A stretch of 31,191 bases of DNA from Octopus sinensis (taxonomy: Eukaryota), in the NCBI RefSeq assembly GCF_006345805.1, contig NW_021832146.1, positions 1-31,191 of the forward strand. The letters are read 5' to 3'. This document shows, in pieces, positions 1-10,632 of the stretch (within the stretch, counting starts at the first letter, position 1; each line of letters begins with the position of its first letter). The notes under the pieces are model-generated. The model was not told where the DNA came from, made no database searches, and saw only the letters and a program-made list of their open reading frames with translations. The position numbers were made by a program, and so were the translations under genes.

Positions 1-1790
1 ATTATATGTATACAAATATATACAATATATATATGTATACAAATATATACAAATTATATATATGTATACAAATATATACAAATTATATATATGTATACAA
101 ATATATAGAAATTATATATATGTATACAAATATATAGAAATTATATATATGTATACAAATATATAGAAATTATATATATGTATACAAATATATAGAAATT
201 ATATATATGTATACAAATATATAGAAATTATATATATGTATACAAATATATAGAAATTATATATATGTACACTTATATAGAATTATATATATATGTGACA
301 ATATATAGAAATTATATATATGTATACAAATATATAGAAATTATATATATGTCTACAAATATATAGAAATTATATATATGTCTACAAATATATAGAAATT
401 ATATATATGTCTACAAATATATAGAAATTATATATATGTCTACAAATATATAGAAATTATATATATGTCTACAAATATATAGAAATTATATATGTCTACA
501 AATATATAGAATTATATATATGTCTACAATATATAGAAATTATATATATGTCTACAATATATAAATTATATATATGTCTACAAATATATGAAATTATATA
601 TATGTCTACAATATATAGAAATTATATATTGTCTACAAATATATAGAAATTATATATTTCTACATATATAGAAATTATATATATGTCTACAAATATATAG
701 AAATTATATATATGTCTACAAATATATAGAAATTATATATATGTCTACAAATATATAGAAATTATATATATGTCTACAAATATATAGAAATTATATATAT
801 GTCTACAAATATATAGAAATTATATATATGTCTACAAATATATAGAAATTATATATATGTCTACAATATATCAGAAATTATATATATGTCTACAAATATA
901 TAGAATTATATATATGTCTACAAATATATGAATTATATATATGTATACAAATATATACAAATTATATATATGTATACAATATATACAAATTATATATATG
1001 TATACACTATATACAAAATATATATATGTATACAAATATATACAAATTATATATATGTATACAAATATATACAATATATATATGTGTATAAATATATACA
1101 AAATATATATATGTGTACAAATATATACAAAATATATATATGTGTATAAATATATACAAAATATATATATGTGTATAAGTGTATACAAATTATATATATG
1201 TGTATAAACGTAATACAAATTATATATGTGTATAAACGTAATACAAATTATATATGTATATAAACGTAATACAAATTATATGTGGTATATAACACGTAAT
1301 ACAATTATATATGTTATTATAACGTAATACAAATTATATATGTGTATATAAACGTAATACAAATTATATATGTGTATATAAACGTAATACAAATTATATA
1401 TGTGTATATAAACGTAATACAAATTATATATGTGTATATAAACGTAATACAAATTATATATGTGTATATAAATGTATACAAATTATATATGTGTATATAA
1501 ATGTATACAAATTATATATGTGTATATAAATGTATATAAATTATATATATGTTATAAATGTATACAAATTATATATATTTATATATATATAAATGTATAT
1601 AAATTATTCTATTTATATATATATAAATGTATATAAATTATATATATTATATATATATAAATGTATATAAATTATATATATTTATTATATATAAATGTTA
1701 TAAATTAGTATATAATTTATATATATATAAATTGTATATATAATATTAAATAATATAAATTATATATATTTATATATATAATATATATAT
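1..1790. repeat. AT-rich minisatellite, 29-30 bp unit, degenerating into (TA)n at its right end
   Basis: TGTATACAAATATATAGAAATTATATATA repeats with period 29 (e.g. 121 to 150). AACGTAATACAAATTATATATGTGTATATA repeats with period 30 at 1321-1470. The array runs off the left edge of the window. Confidence 0.95.
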
Positions 1791-1800
1791 AGATGTATAC

Positions 1801-1853
1801 ACTGTCCAACCCTTGCTAGCACGGAAAACGGACGTTAAACGATGATGATGATT
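1801..1853 (+). mobile_element. 3' terminal fragment of a SINE/LINE with (GAT)n tail
   Basis: GCTAGCACGGAAAACGGACGTTAAACGATGATGATGAT: a short unique end followed by a trinucleotide tail. It resembles a common cephalopod retroposon 3' end (recognition only). Confidence 0.5.
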
Positions 1854-2749
1854 ATGATTCTCCGTATTTGTTTCTCTCTCCTTTCTCTCTCACTTTACCA
1901 CTCTCTTAGTTTTCTTATCTCTCGGACTTTTCCTCGCTTTCTCTTACTGTCTATCTTTATCTATCTCTCTCCCATTTATAAACAACAGAAGATCTTGAGT
2001 AAGTTGTGAAATAAAATATTTAGAAAGATCAATCAGAAATATGAGGCAGTGATAATGGAAAAGTCTGCTTCATGGCAGACAGCAAAATGCTAACATTTAA
2101 CAGACGGACTTGCGAGCTGAAGAAAAATAATAAAATATTGGAAACCAAAGTTTGAAGGGATAGAATCTGAGGATAGTAGAGTCACCATGGCTGGCATTTC
2201 TTAACGACGGACAGCAACATAGTGGCAGTTTAACGACTGGCGTAAAATTTTCAACTTGATGTAAAAGAAAATTCGTAAATACCAATTTTTGAAGTGATTC
2301 TTTCTCACGACAGTAGACTCACCATGGACTCTTTATCATGGACGGCAACACATTGACGATTAAAAGGCTGGCGCAAATTTTTTAGCTTGATGTAACAGAG
2401 AATTCCTAAACACCCGCTCCTTTAAATATTAATCCCATTCCAGCCCCAGTTAGACCCCTTTTCACATTTTGGTTAACATAACCCGATTTCATTCGGGTCT
2501 ACTGGGGCCACATTTCATAAGATGAGGAATTTTGTCCTAGAGGTGACGCCTTTCATTTGAGGAAAAAAATAGTTGTCATGCAAACTTGCCAGCACTTTTA
2601 ACATAGGTATGCATATTTTCAGCTGAATCGACCGACTACGTAATGCACACATTATATTATATATATATATATGTGTATATATATAGTGTGTGGTGTGTGT
2701 GTGCACGCATTATATATACAAATGTATACAAATGAGATAGATCTGTATA

Positions 2750-3080
2750 AATTAAATTAGAGATAAAACCACTAATAGGCAAATCAACATGAAAAACCAA
2801 ACACAAAAACATTAAAAAAGAATATAATATAGAAAATATATAAAATATAAAATTGAAAAATTTAAATTATTTAAATTGAAAATAAAAATTATTAATTATA
2901 TTTATAATTTGTTTAAAATATATATAACTATGAAAAAGTATGAAAAAGTTTAATATACATAAATAAAGATATATACTTTTGTATATATACATATATATAC
3001 ATATTTATATATAGAACACACACACACACATACATTATATATACATATTTATATATAGAACACACACATACATTATATAT
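2750..3080 (+). repeat. AT-rich dispersed repeat, copy A (unclassified, possibly Penelope-associated)
   Basis: The GATAAAACCACTAATAGGCAAATCAA...GAAAAAC core recurs at 4074-4370 (+), and inverted at about 17860-17920 and 21122-21145. Confidence 0.75.
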
Positions 3081-3085
3081 ACATA

Positions 3086-3755
3086 TCTATATATATAAAA
3101 CTGTAGTTGTGTGAGTGTCTGTCTCCTACAATTTAGATTCCTAACTACTCCCACATTTTGCGGTGCAGTTTAACCAAATTCGGGTATCTTATAGTCGTGA
3201 TGCATATCGAGCCCGTCTCGGTATTAGCGCGCGTCTACGATGAGTCTACGATTTTAAAAATAATTTAACATCATTTTTTCCATTTTAACGCATATTTTTT
3301 CGTGTGTCGATGGCGGCGGAGTTGGCGTCCATGCTCACGCCTGCACCTGTGTTGCTTCTCCCCCTTCTTCCCTCCCTCGTGAAGCTGTGGCGACCAGAGC
3401 GAGCTCTGGTCGCCATAGCGCTCACTGTGGTCTCGTAGCCGTGGACAGTGAGCCCAATGGCGCCCAGAGCGAGCTCTGGTCGCCATAGCGCTCACTGTGG
3501 TCTCGTAGCCGTGGACAGTGAGCCCAATGCGCCCAGAGCGAGCTCTGGTCGCCATAGCGCTCACTGTGGTCTCGTAGCCGTGGACAGTGAGCCCAATGGC
3601 GCCCAGAGCGAGCTCGGGTCGCCATAGCGCTCACTGTGGTCTCGTAGCCGTGGACAGTGAGCCCAATGGCGCCCAGAGCGAGCTCTGGTCGCCATAGCGC
3701 TCACTGTGGTCTTGTAGCCGTGGACAGTAAGCCCAATGGCGCCCAGAGCCCAGCT
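3086..3755 (+). mobile_element. Non-autonomous Helitron: 5' module followed by a GC-rich tandem array, 3' end not found
   Basis: Starts A|TCTATATATATAAAA. The first ~210 bp (TTTAGATTCCTAACTACTCCCACATTTTGCG...GCGCGCGTCTACGATGAGTC) are shared with the elements at 5869-6661 and 22353-22735, which have canonical Helitron 3' ends. Confidence 0.8.
3388..3755. repeat. GC-rich tandem array: 70 bp unit, five full copies plus a partial, two hairpins per unit
   Basis: CCAGAGC starts at 3394, 3464, 3533, 3603, 3673 and 3743. Unit = TGGCG(A/C)CCAGAGC-GA-GCTCTGGTCGCCA + TAGC + GCTCACTGT-16nt-ACAGTGAGC + CCAA. Confidence 0.97.
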
Positions 3756-3773
3756 CAACACACTCCTTATACC

Positions 3774-3866
3774 CTAAGTAAGTCATGTGTAAAATTTGAA
3801 TGAAATTGGTTGTGTAGTTCTCAAGTTATAGGGAAACACACAGACAGACAGACACACATTCTCAGA
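3774..3866 (-). mobile_element. 5' end of a second Helitron-like family, opposite orientation
   Basis: The minus strand reads A|TCTGAGAATGTGTGTCTGTCTGTCTGTG...CAACCAATTTCATTCAAATTTTACACATG. This is the TC start, GTCT-repeat and AAATTT layout typical of non-autonomous Helitron 5' ends. Confidence 0.5.
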
Positions 3867-4073
3867 TACCTAAAAGAATGAGAGTGGGTGATGTTTTGTT
3901 TGTTGGACCAATGTATTAAGGTAGTATTGTTTTAATGTTTTATTGTTTTAAAACGAAAGACGCAATGTGTTCGTTTCAAAAATAAAAAAAGACAAACGTC
4001 CGCCAATGGGAAGACAGTTCATATTCGATTAGAGCACTCTGGGTATAATCATAAAAGTGAAAAATGGAATTTT

Positions 4074-4370
4074 TAGGCAAATCAAACAGTGAAAAACCAA
4101 AAACAAAAACATTAATAAAAAATATAATATAGAAAATATAAAATTGAAAAATTTAAATGAAATTGAAAATAAAAATTATTAAATTATATTTATAATTTGT
4201 TTAAAAATATATATAACTATGAAAAAGTATGAGAAAGTTTAATATACATAACTACGATATATACACTTTGTATATATACATTATATATACATATTTATAT
4301 ATAGAACACACACACACACATACATTATATATACATATTTATATATAGAACACACACACATACATACATA
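4074..4370 (+). repeat. AT-rich dispersed repeat, copy B (direct duplicate of ~2777-3075)
   Basis: Shares the core and also the compound tail ATATTTATATATAGAACACACACAC...CATTATATATACATATTTATATATAGAACACAC with copy A. Confidence 0.8.
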
Positions 4371-4755
4371 TAAATGAACGCAAGAATATCTGATTCATAA
4401 TATTTGTTCTCATGCTCGTGTGTTGTTGGTGACAGACAGATACGTAAAAGAACGTCGATGTAATGGGAAGGTAAGAAACAGAGTGAGTGAAAAAGAGAGG
4501 AAATAGCGAGAGTGACAGATACTTTAAATAACGGTAGTGGATCTATCAAAGTTATATATAAAGGGGAGTGAGAGGGTACTGGAGGAAATAGCGTGAGTGA
4601 GGAAGATGGCCCCTAGCAACCACACCTTTTAAGATATGGATTTCTAAGGTAGCCCACGAGCTTCGTCACCTATTTCTACATGTCCCTGTAAATTTTGGAG
4701 CGAATCGGACGGGACGTAGTGGCATTGAAAGCGATCCAAGCGGTATATATATATA

Positions 4756-5554
4756 TCTTATTATCTTATTATAAAAGGCAGATTTTATCTGCCTCCCTTT
4801 GTCTCTTGTAGAAATCTACAATATAGGATTTCTTCAGTTACAATTTACCTAGCATTTTTAAGAGTAGAATGCATCGGGTCATGCCAGGTCCAGTTTTTAA
4901 AATTTCAACCCCAATTAAGCAAAATTTAGAGAAAACTCACATTGTGGTGTGTAAGTCAAGTGCTTTTCTTATTGTGGGCTAGAGCACACGCACACACACA
5001 CACACACAAACGGAGCGATCTGATTCACTCACGCTATCACTCTAATTTCTACTCCTTTCTCTTTGCAAGTGTGCAAAGATTAAAGTGAAACTATTTCTAT
5101 AAAACGAGAGAAGTGTACCTAAACCACTCTAAAAAAAAAAACACAGCAAACAGAAACAAATAATACATAACGATTTACTCCTCACACAATTTTCTTCAAT
5201 TAGAGTTTACCCATGATTTTTCAAAGTACTTCCATTGGGTCATGCCATAACAAATTTCTTTCAATTTTACCCCCAATTAAGACAAAATTCGAGAAAACTC
5301 AATATTTTAACATTTCACTCTGCATATTACTCCCACTTCCTCTTTACACACATAGACAAGCAAATATATAAATAAAATTGTAAGCTGTGTGTGTGGTGTG
5401 TGTGGTGTGTGGTGTGTGTGCGCGTGGGTGTGAGTGTGTGTGTGTGTGTGCGTATGTGTGTGTGTGAGGGTGCGTGTGTGTCTCTGTGTGTGTGTGCGTG
5501 TGTGTGAGTGTGTGACAGGGATGAGCAAGTCAAACTGGTCATCCTTTTTGCTAG
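4756..5554 (+). mobile_element. Probable non-autonomous Helitron, third family
   Basis: 5' A|TCTTATT(ATCTTATT)ATAAAAGGCAG. 3' GGATGA...TCATCC hairpin, then TTTTTG-CTAG at 5551-5554; the next base is A rather than the expected T. Internal ~70 bp duplication at 4876-4943 and 5237-5306. Confidence 0.55.
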
Positions 5555-5578
5555 ATCACCTAACATCTAAAGTTATCT

Positions 5579-5866
5579 CTAAGTAGCAGTCGCCAAAAAG
5601 TGTATATAGACACACACATGTATGTATAATGTGTGTATATATTTCCATAGAGGTAACCATTCACTCCATACAAAGTTATTTAGGACGAATTGGACGAATA
5701 TAAGATCTAAGTATATCCAAGTAGCAGAAAGATCGCCCAAAAGTGTATATAGATATTTAAATGTATTTATATATTCATCTATACACACATGTATGTATAA
5801 TGTGTGTGTATATATTTACATAGAGGTAACCATTCACTCCGCACAAAGTTTTTTAGGACGGACGAA
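5579..5866 (+). repeat. Diverged tandem duplication, ~140-170 bp unit
   Basis: CACACATGTATGTATAATGTGTG...CATAGAGGTAACCATTCACTCC...AAAGTT.TTTAGGACG occurs at ~5612-5690 and ~5784-5860. AAGTAGCAG...TCGCC.AAAAGTGTATATAG occurs at ~5581 and ~5719. Confidence 0.85.
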
Positions 5867-5868
5867 AA

Positions 5869-6661
5869 TCTTTATATATAAAAGAAAGGTTGTATGTCTG
5901 TCTACTCCGATTTAGATTCCTAACTACTCCCACATTTTGCGATGCAGTTTAACCAAACCGGGTATCTTATAGTCGTGATTCATATCGAGCCCTTCTGGGT
6001 ATTAGCGCGCGTCTATGATGAGTCTACGATTTTAAAAATAATTTACCATCATTTTTTCCATTTTAATGCATATTTTTTTTAATAAAGGGAAGTAACACTC
6101 AAGCATTTCCTCACACCCTCCTTGCACTTGGCGAAGGCAAAATACCAGGGGATGAAAATGGTAATATTGCCATCGATTCCATTTGTACCATTGTTAAGAC
6201 GCCTCCTGATCTCAGAGATGCAGTGTTCCCAGATCTACAAGCTAATTATCAGAATATGGATTGGATTGGCAAAAAGGCTATACTGCCCCGAGGAATAAAA
6301 CTGTTCACCATATTAATGATGAATGCTAAAACTCATTCATGGGGAAGTCTATGTATATCAGTCTATCGATACAACTCCTGACCCAGAGGACGTCATCACT
6401 ATCCAATAGAGGTACTCAATTCCTTTGAGCACCCCGGACTACCACCACACTTTCTCAAACTTAAAGTTGGTGCCCCTATAATGCTCATCAGAAATTTGGT
6501 TCCCCCAAAACAATGCAATGGCACACGTTTGATCGTTAAGTCCTTATCTCCCACCGTAAACTTATATCAATATTTGCCTGAATAATCATCATAATTCAGT
6601 GCAATCATTAACAGTACTTTCAAGCAATTCAGCCCCGAGCAACGCCGGGCAATTCTGCTAG
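5869..6661 (+). mobile_element. Internally deleted Helitron with both termini and a helicase fragment
   Basis: 5' TC (A|TCTTTATATATAAAAG), 3' hairpin CCCGAGCAACGCCGGGC, then CTAG|T at 6658-6661. Insertion between A and T with no TSD is the Helitron hallmark. Confidence 0.92.
6118..6558 (+). pseudogene. Helitron Rep/Hel PIF1-family helicase fragment (three -1 frameshifts)
   Basis: Joined translation: LLALGEGKIPGDENG...DAVFPDLQANYQNMDWIGKKAIL/PRNKTVHHIND/...YQSIDT.../[49 protein letters not shown]. It matches the PIF1 motif GLPPHxLxLKVGxPIMLLRNLxP..CNGTRL. Confidence 0.88.
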
Positions 6662-6934
6662 TACATTTATATATATATATAAAGCTGAAGTTGTCTGGAT
6701 ATATGTATGTATGTATGTGTGTGTATACGTATGTATGTGTAGAGACCTCTTTTGGCTCCACCTGAGTTTTGAAACTGAATGGGTAAATTTCCCCCTAACT
6801 ATAGAGCCTTATTGTTCTGTTGAGGAACAATGTTGTTTTATTCAACCGATGGCCTTCCCAACATTTGATTGATGTATTTTCCTCTTGACCCATAACCCTT
6901 CTAGTTTGTAAAGGGTTTAAATAAATAATATAAG

Positions 6935-7564
6935 GGATCTTTACCCTTTCAAAGGCAGATCGAGAAATATATTTTTTGTAACTAAACACTTTCAACCTTC
7001 GGACACTAACCCTAACCCTAACGTGTCATATAAAACATATTTAACTTTTAATGTTACTCTTGACCGCGGCCATGCTGGAGCATCGCCTTTAATCGAGCAA
7101 CTCGACCCCGGGACTTATTCTTTTTGTAAGCCCAGTACTTATTCTATCCTTAGCCAATCATATTGTCTGTTTTCATTTGAAATTATTAGCTGCATAGTGT
7201 TAATGTGACGTAGAGAGCTATTTTGTGAGTGGGTAAGCAGTAAGCAAACAGCCGTGGTAGATGTGGTTATCATGGCAGTGGTGGTAGTGGTGACAGTGGA
7301 TGTGTATGATGGTAGCAATTATAGTGTTGGTGTTTTTGTAGAGGTGGTGGTGGTGGCGGCAGTGGATGATGATGATAATGATGATAGTAGTAGTAGTAGC
7401 ATTGATTATGTTAGGATGTCTCATGGATGGTAGTGTTGGTGTGTGTGTGTGTGTGTGTGTATGTATGGTTCAAAACAGTTTGATTCAAATTCTGTGGTTC
7501 TTATATATTCATACATACATATACATGTAGATGTATATAACATATATATATATTGTATGTAAAC

Positions 7565-7630
<66 letters not shown>

Positions 7631-7701
7631 GTATGCATCTATAATACACACACATTATAATATATACACATATATGCATATGCATTAGAATATGTGTGTA
7701 T

Positions 7702-7759
<58 letters not shown>

Positions 7760-8134
7760 TATACATATGCTTGTATACATGTGTGTGTAGCTATTTAGGA
7801 TCTACACAAATTTTACATATACTCCACGAAGTTTGTAATAAGCGGAGATGTTTACATTTTAGTTAGCTATTTACATGTTTACGTTAACTACGTCACAAAA
7901 TAACTGTTTGCGTCACAGTAACAATATTTTGAGAGGCAGTAAATAATATGAGGCCGAAGGAAAGAATATCATTGGTTAAAATTCGAATTATTAAACAACG
8001 TTAAACTTAGAAATTACAATTCCGTTTTCATTTTGGTTTACAATTATGTTTTCTTTTGACACATTCTACCAGTATACGAAGTTTCAAATTGTTTAGTTAA
8101 CTAGGAAAATCTGGCTTTCAAAAAGAAAAGATCC
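6935..8134. mobile_element. Pair of ~100 bp degenerate inverted repeats (old MITE/DNA-transposon ends or two opposed copies)
   Basis: 6935 GGATCTTTACCCTTTCAAAGGCAGAT...TAACTAAACACTTTCAACCTTCGGACACT versus reverse complement of 8041-8134 GGATCTTTTCTTTTTGAAAGCCAGAT...TAACTAAACAATTTGAAACTTCGTATACT. Confidence 0.6.
7045..7155 (-). mobile_element. tRNA-SINE family A, 3' fragment
   Basis: GACCGCGGCCATGCTGGAGCATCGCCTTTAATCGAGC...CCCAGTACTTATTCTATC matches the full copies at 23171 and 28947. Confidence 0.85.
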
Positions 8135-8135
<1 letters not shown>

Positions 8136-8185
<50 letters not shown>

Positions 8186-8187
8186 CT

Positions 8188-8220
<33 letters not shown>

Positions 8221-8287
8221 TGCAGCAGCAGCAGTAGTTGTAGTAGTAGTAGTAGTAGTAGTAGAGATAGTAGTAGTGGTGATGATG

Positions 8288-8326
<39 letters not shown>

Positions 8327-8343
8327 GCAATAATAATAATAAT
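8136..8343. repeat. Compound (AGT)n/(AAT)n microsatellite
   Basis: Seen directly. Confidence 0.95.
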
Positions 8344-8557
8344 CCTTTCTCCTTTAGGAACAAGGCCTGGATTTATTATGGGAATGTGAGCAGTCGATCA
8401 CATCGACCCTAGTACTTAACTGTACATAAATTATCGACTTCGAAAGGGATGAAAGGCAATGCCGACCTCGGTAGAATTTGAACATAGATCGTAAAGACGG
8501 ACGAAATGAGGCTGAGCATTTTGCCGAGCGTGCTAACGGTTCTTCCAGCTCGCCGTC
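8344..8557 (-). mobile_element. tRNA-SINE family B, near full length
   Basis: Minus strand GGCGAGCTGGAAGAACCGTTAGCACGCTCGGC...GTTCAAATTC (A/B-box like). Homologous to 10371, 10633, 14817, 15047 and 27451. Flanked by (AAT)n on both sides. Confidence 0.85.
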
Positions 8558-8596
<39 letters not shown>

Positions 8597-8617
8597 GTAA
8601 TAATAATAATAATAATG

Positions 8618-8948
8618 CAGTACCATGCAGTGGCTCTCGTGGCTTCTGATCTTAACTGATTGGAAGTGTTATCATGTACATTGATTTGTCTTGGTATAAA
8701 AGATGGGCTACAGCAAATATTCTGCTCAATACTATAGATTTGCTTGTCAGTTGTTTGACTTTAACCAGTTGAGCATGTCCCTTAGTGGCTGACGATATGT
8801 GCATCTCTGTACATGAGCAGAAGTATTGGGGGAGCATCATAGCCATGTGTTCAGATGGATTCTTTGGGGTTTGAATAATTCACCTCTGGAAGCATGGGTG
8901 TTCCGTTCAACATCCTTAAACAACCCTTATTCAGGGACCTTTTGAGCT
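8618..8948 (-). mobile_element. Probable 3' end of a non-LTR retroelement whose tail is the adjacent (AAT)n tract
   Basis: Moderate-GC unique sequence ending ...GAGAGCCACTGCATGGTACTGC directly against the 8560-8617 trinucleotide tract. Resembles a common octopus repeat (recognition only). Confidence 0.45.
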
Positions 8949-9261
8949 GAACAAGCAATACACTGGAGTATCCTCCTGGAAATTTGCCTGCGTATGGGCA
9001 AATTTTACAAAAATGAAAGTAGATTTTTACTTTCGGAAGTTTTTAAAATGCCCAACCCATGTAAAGCAGGATATGCCCTCTATCAACCTGGGCCAGGCAT
9101 GTGTAGCTTTGTTACTATGTTACAACATAAAACTTAATCGATTTACACAATCTAGATTGTGTCTTCAAAACAGCGAACATAATTAAAATCAGATAAATAG
9201 GTTAAAAAAGATGGACAAAAACAAGATAATTCGACAAAAATTTGATAATTCCTTGTGTCAC

Positions 9262-9323
9262 GAAATTTTCTTCTCCTCCTCCTCCTCCTCCTCCTTCTTC
9301 TTCTTCTTCTTCTTCTTCTTCTT

Positions 9324-9376
<53 letters not shown>

Positions 9377-9480
9377 CATTATTATTATTATTATTATTAA
9401 TATTATTATTATTATTATTATCATTATTATTAATATTATTATTATTATTATTAATATTATTATTATTATTATTATTATTA

Positions 9481-9547
<67 letters not shown>

Positions 9548-9564
9548 CATTATTATTATTATCA

Positions 9565-9595
<31 letters not shown>

Positions 9596-9726
9596 CATTA
9601 TTATTATTATTATCATTATTATTATTATTATCATTATTATTATTAATATTATTATTATTATTATCATTATCATTATTATTATTATTAATATTATTATTAT
9701 TATTATTATCATTATTATTATTATCA

Positions 9727-9760
<34 letters not shown>

Positions 9761-9777
9761 CATTATTATTATTATTA
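9262..9777. repeat. (CTC)n(TTC)n followed by a ~450 bp interrupted (ATT)n array
   Basis: Seen directly. It generates the poly-L/I/R ORFs in the track. Confidence 0.97.
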
Positions 9778-10370
9778 AGTCTACTTTATTCTCATCACAG
9801 ATGACATATTGTTTCATGGTTAAAAAATTAGAAAGACATCCCATATTGTCTGCAAATAAATATAAACACAATGTCTCCTTCTTTTAAACAACGATATCAC
9901 GGTTCTATGCAAAATGAACTCATCGTTCCGATAACGTAGTGTGAGATATCTAAAGATATTTTATATTTAATCAATCTGATATAATTATATTTCTCCTTCT
10001 AAAAAGATCTTCTATCTCTTTTCTTTTTTTTTTTTTTTGCCTTTTCCTCGTATTTTTTGCCTAACTTTTCTGTTATTTTTCTTTTCTCGGTTGTTTGTTT
10101 GTTTGTTCGAGATTAGAAACCATATTTTATTAAGGAAATGACGCCGATTAACGCCTGTCATTGGAGTAGCAGAAGGTAGAGGGAGAGGAAAAAGAAGTAA
10201 AACAAAGAGAGAGAAGGAACAGAGGAGGAAGAGAGGAAAAATATGCTGTGTTTTTCCTTTTTTACCATTGTTTTTTTTTGTTTTTTTTTATAAAGATTGC
10301 AAACTGCCATGTAGATTTTATCGCTGCTGATCCGCAAATTAATAATAATAGCGAAAATATTTTCTGATAG

Positions 10371-10578
10371 TGACACAAGGCCTGAAATTTTGTGGCAGAG
10401 TACTAGTCAATTACGTCGAGCACTGTGCTTCAGTGATACTTATTTTATCGATACCGAAAGGAAGAAAAGCAAAGCCAAGCACAGCGGAATTTGAGTGCAG
10501 AAAGTAGCGATAGGCGATGGGCAAGATACCGCTAAGCATTTTGTTCAGCGTGCTCAAGATTCTTCCAGGTCGCCGCCT
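10371..10578 (-). mobile_element. tRNA-SINE family B, diverged copy
   Basis: Ends ...CCGCTAAGCATTTTGTTCAGCGTGCTC...CCAGGTCGCCGCC on the plus strand. Has the CACAAGGCCTG-type tail. Confidence 0.8.
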
Positions 10579-10632
10579 TATATAATAATAATAATAGTAA
10601 TAATAATAATATAATAATAATAATAATAATAT

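Noticed and set aside
871-1218. ORFs rich in Y/I/V/H/T here and at 7421-7766, 16207-16436, 18860-19712, 20667-21427 and 23156-24307
   Set aside because: They are translations of TA/CA/CATA repeats and the minisatellite, which lack stop codons by composition.
3388-3755. CRISPR-like array or repeat protein (ORFs 3271-3761)
   Set aside because: The units are fully repeated with no unique spacers, there are no cas genes, and the context is eukaryotic. The ORFs are overlapping translations broken by the 69 bp unit. No hammerhead core was found in the unit on either strand.
7006-7022. True telomere or chromosome fusion site
   Set aside because: Only about 3 units in one orientation; kept only as a small insertion finding.
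9152-9887. 200-260 aa poly-I/L/S/V/T ORFs here and at 11701-11965, 12702-13174 and 28188-29100
   Set aside because: Trinucleotide arrays open in several frames and on both strands at once; there is no protein signal outside the repeats.
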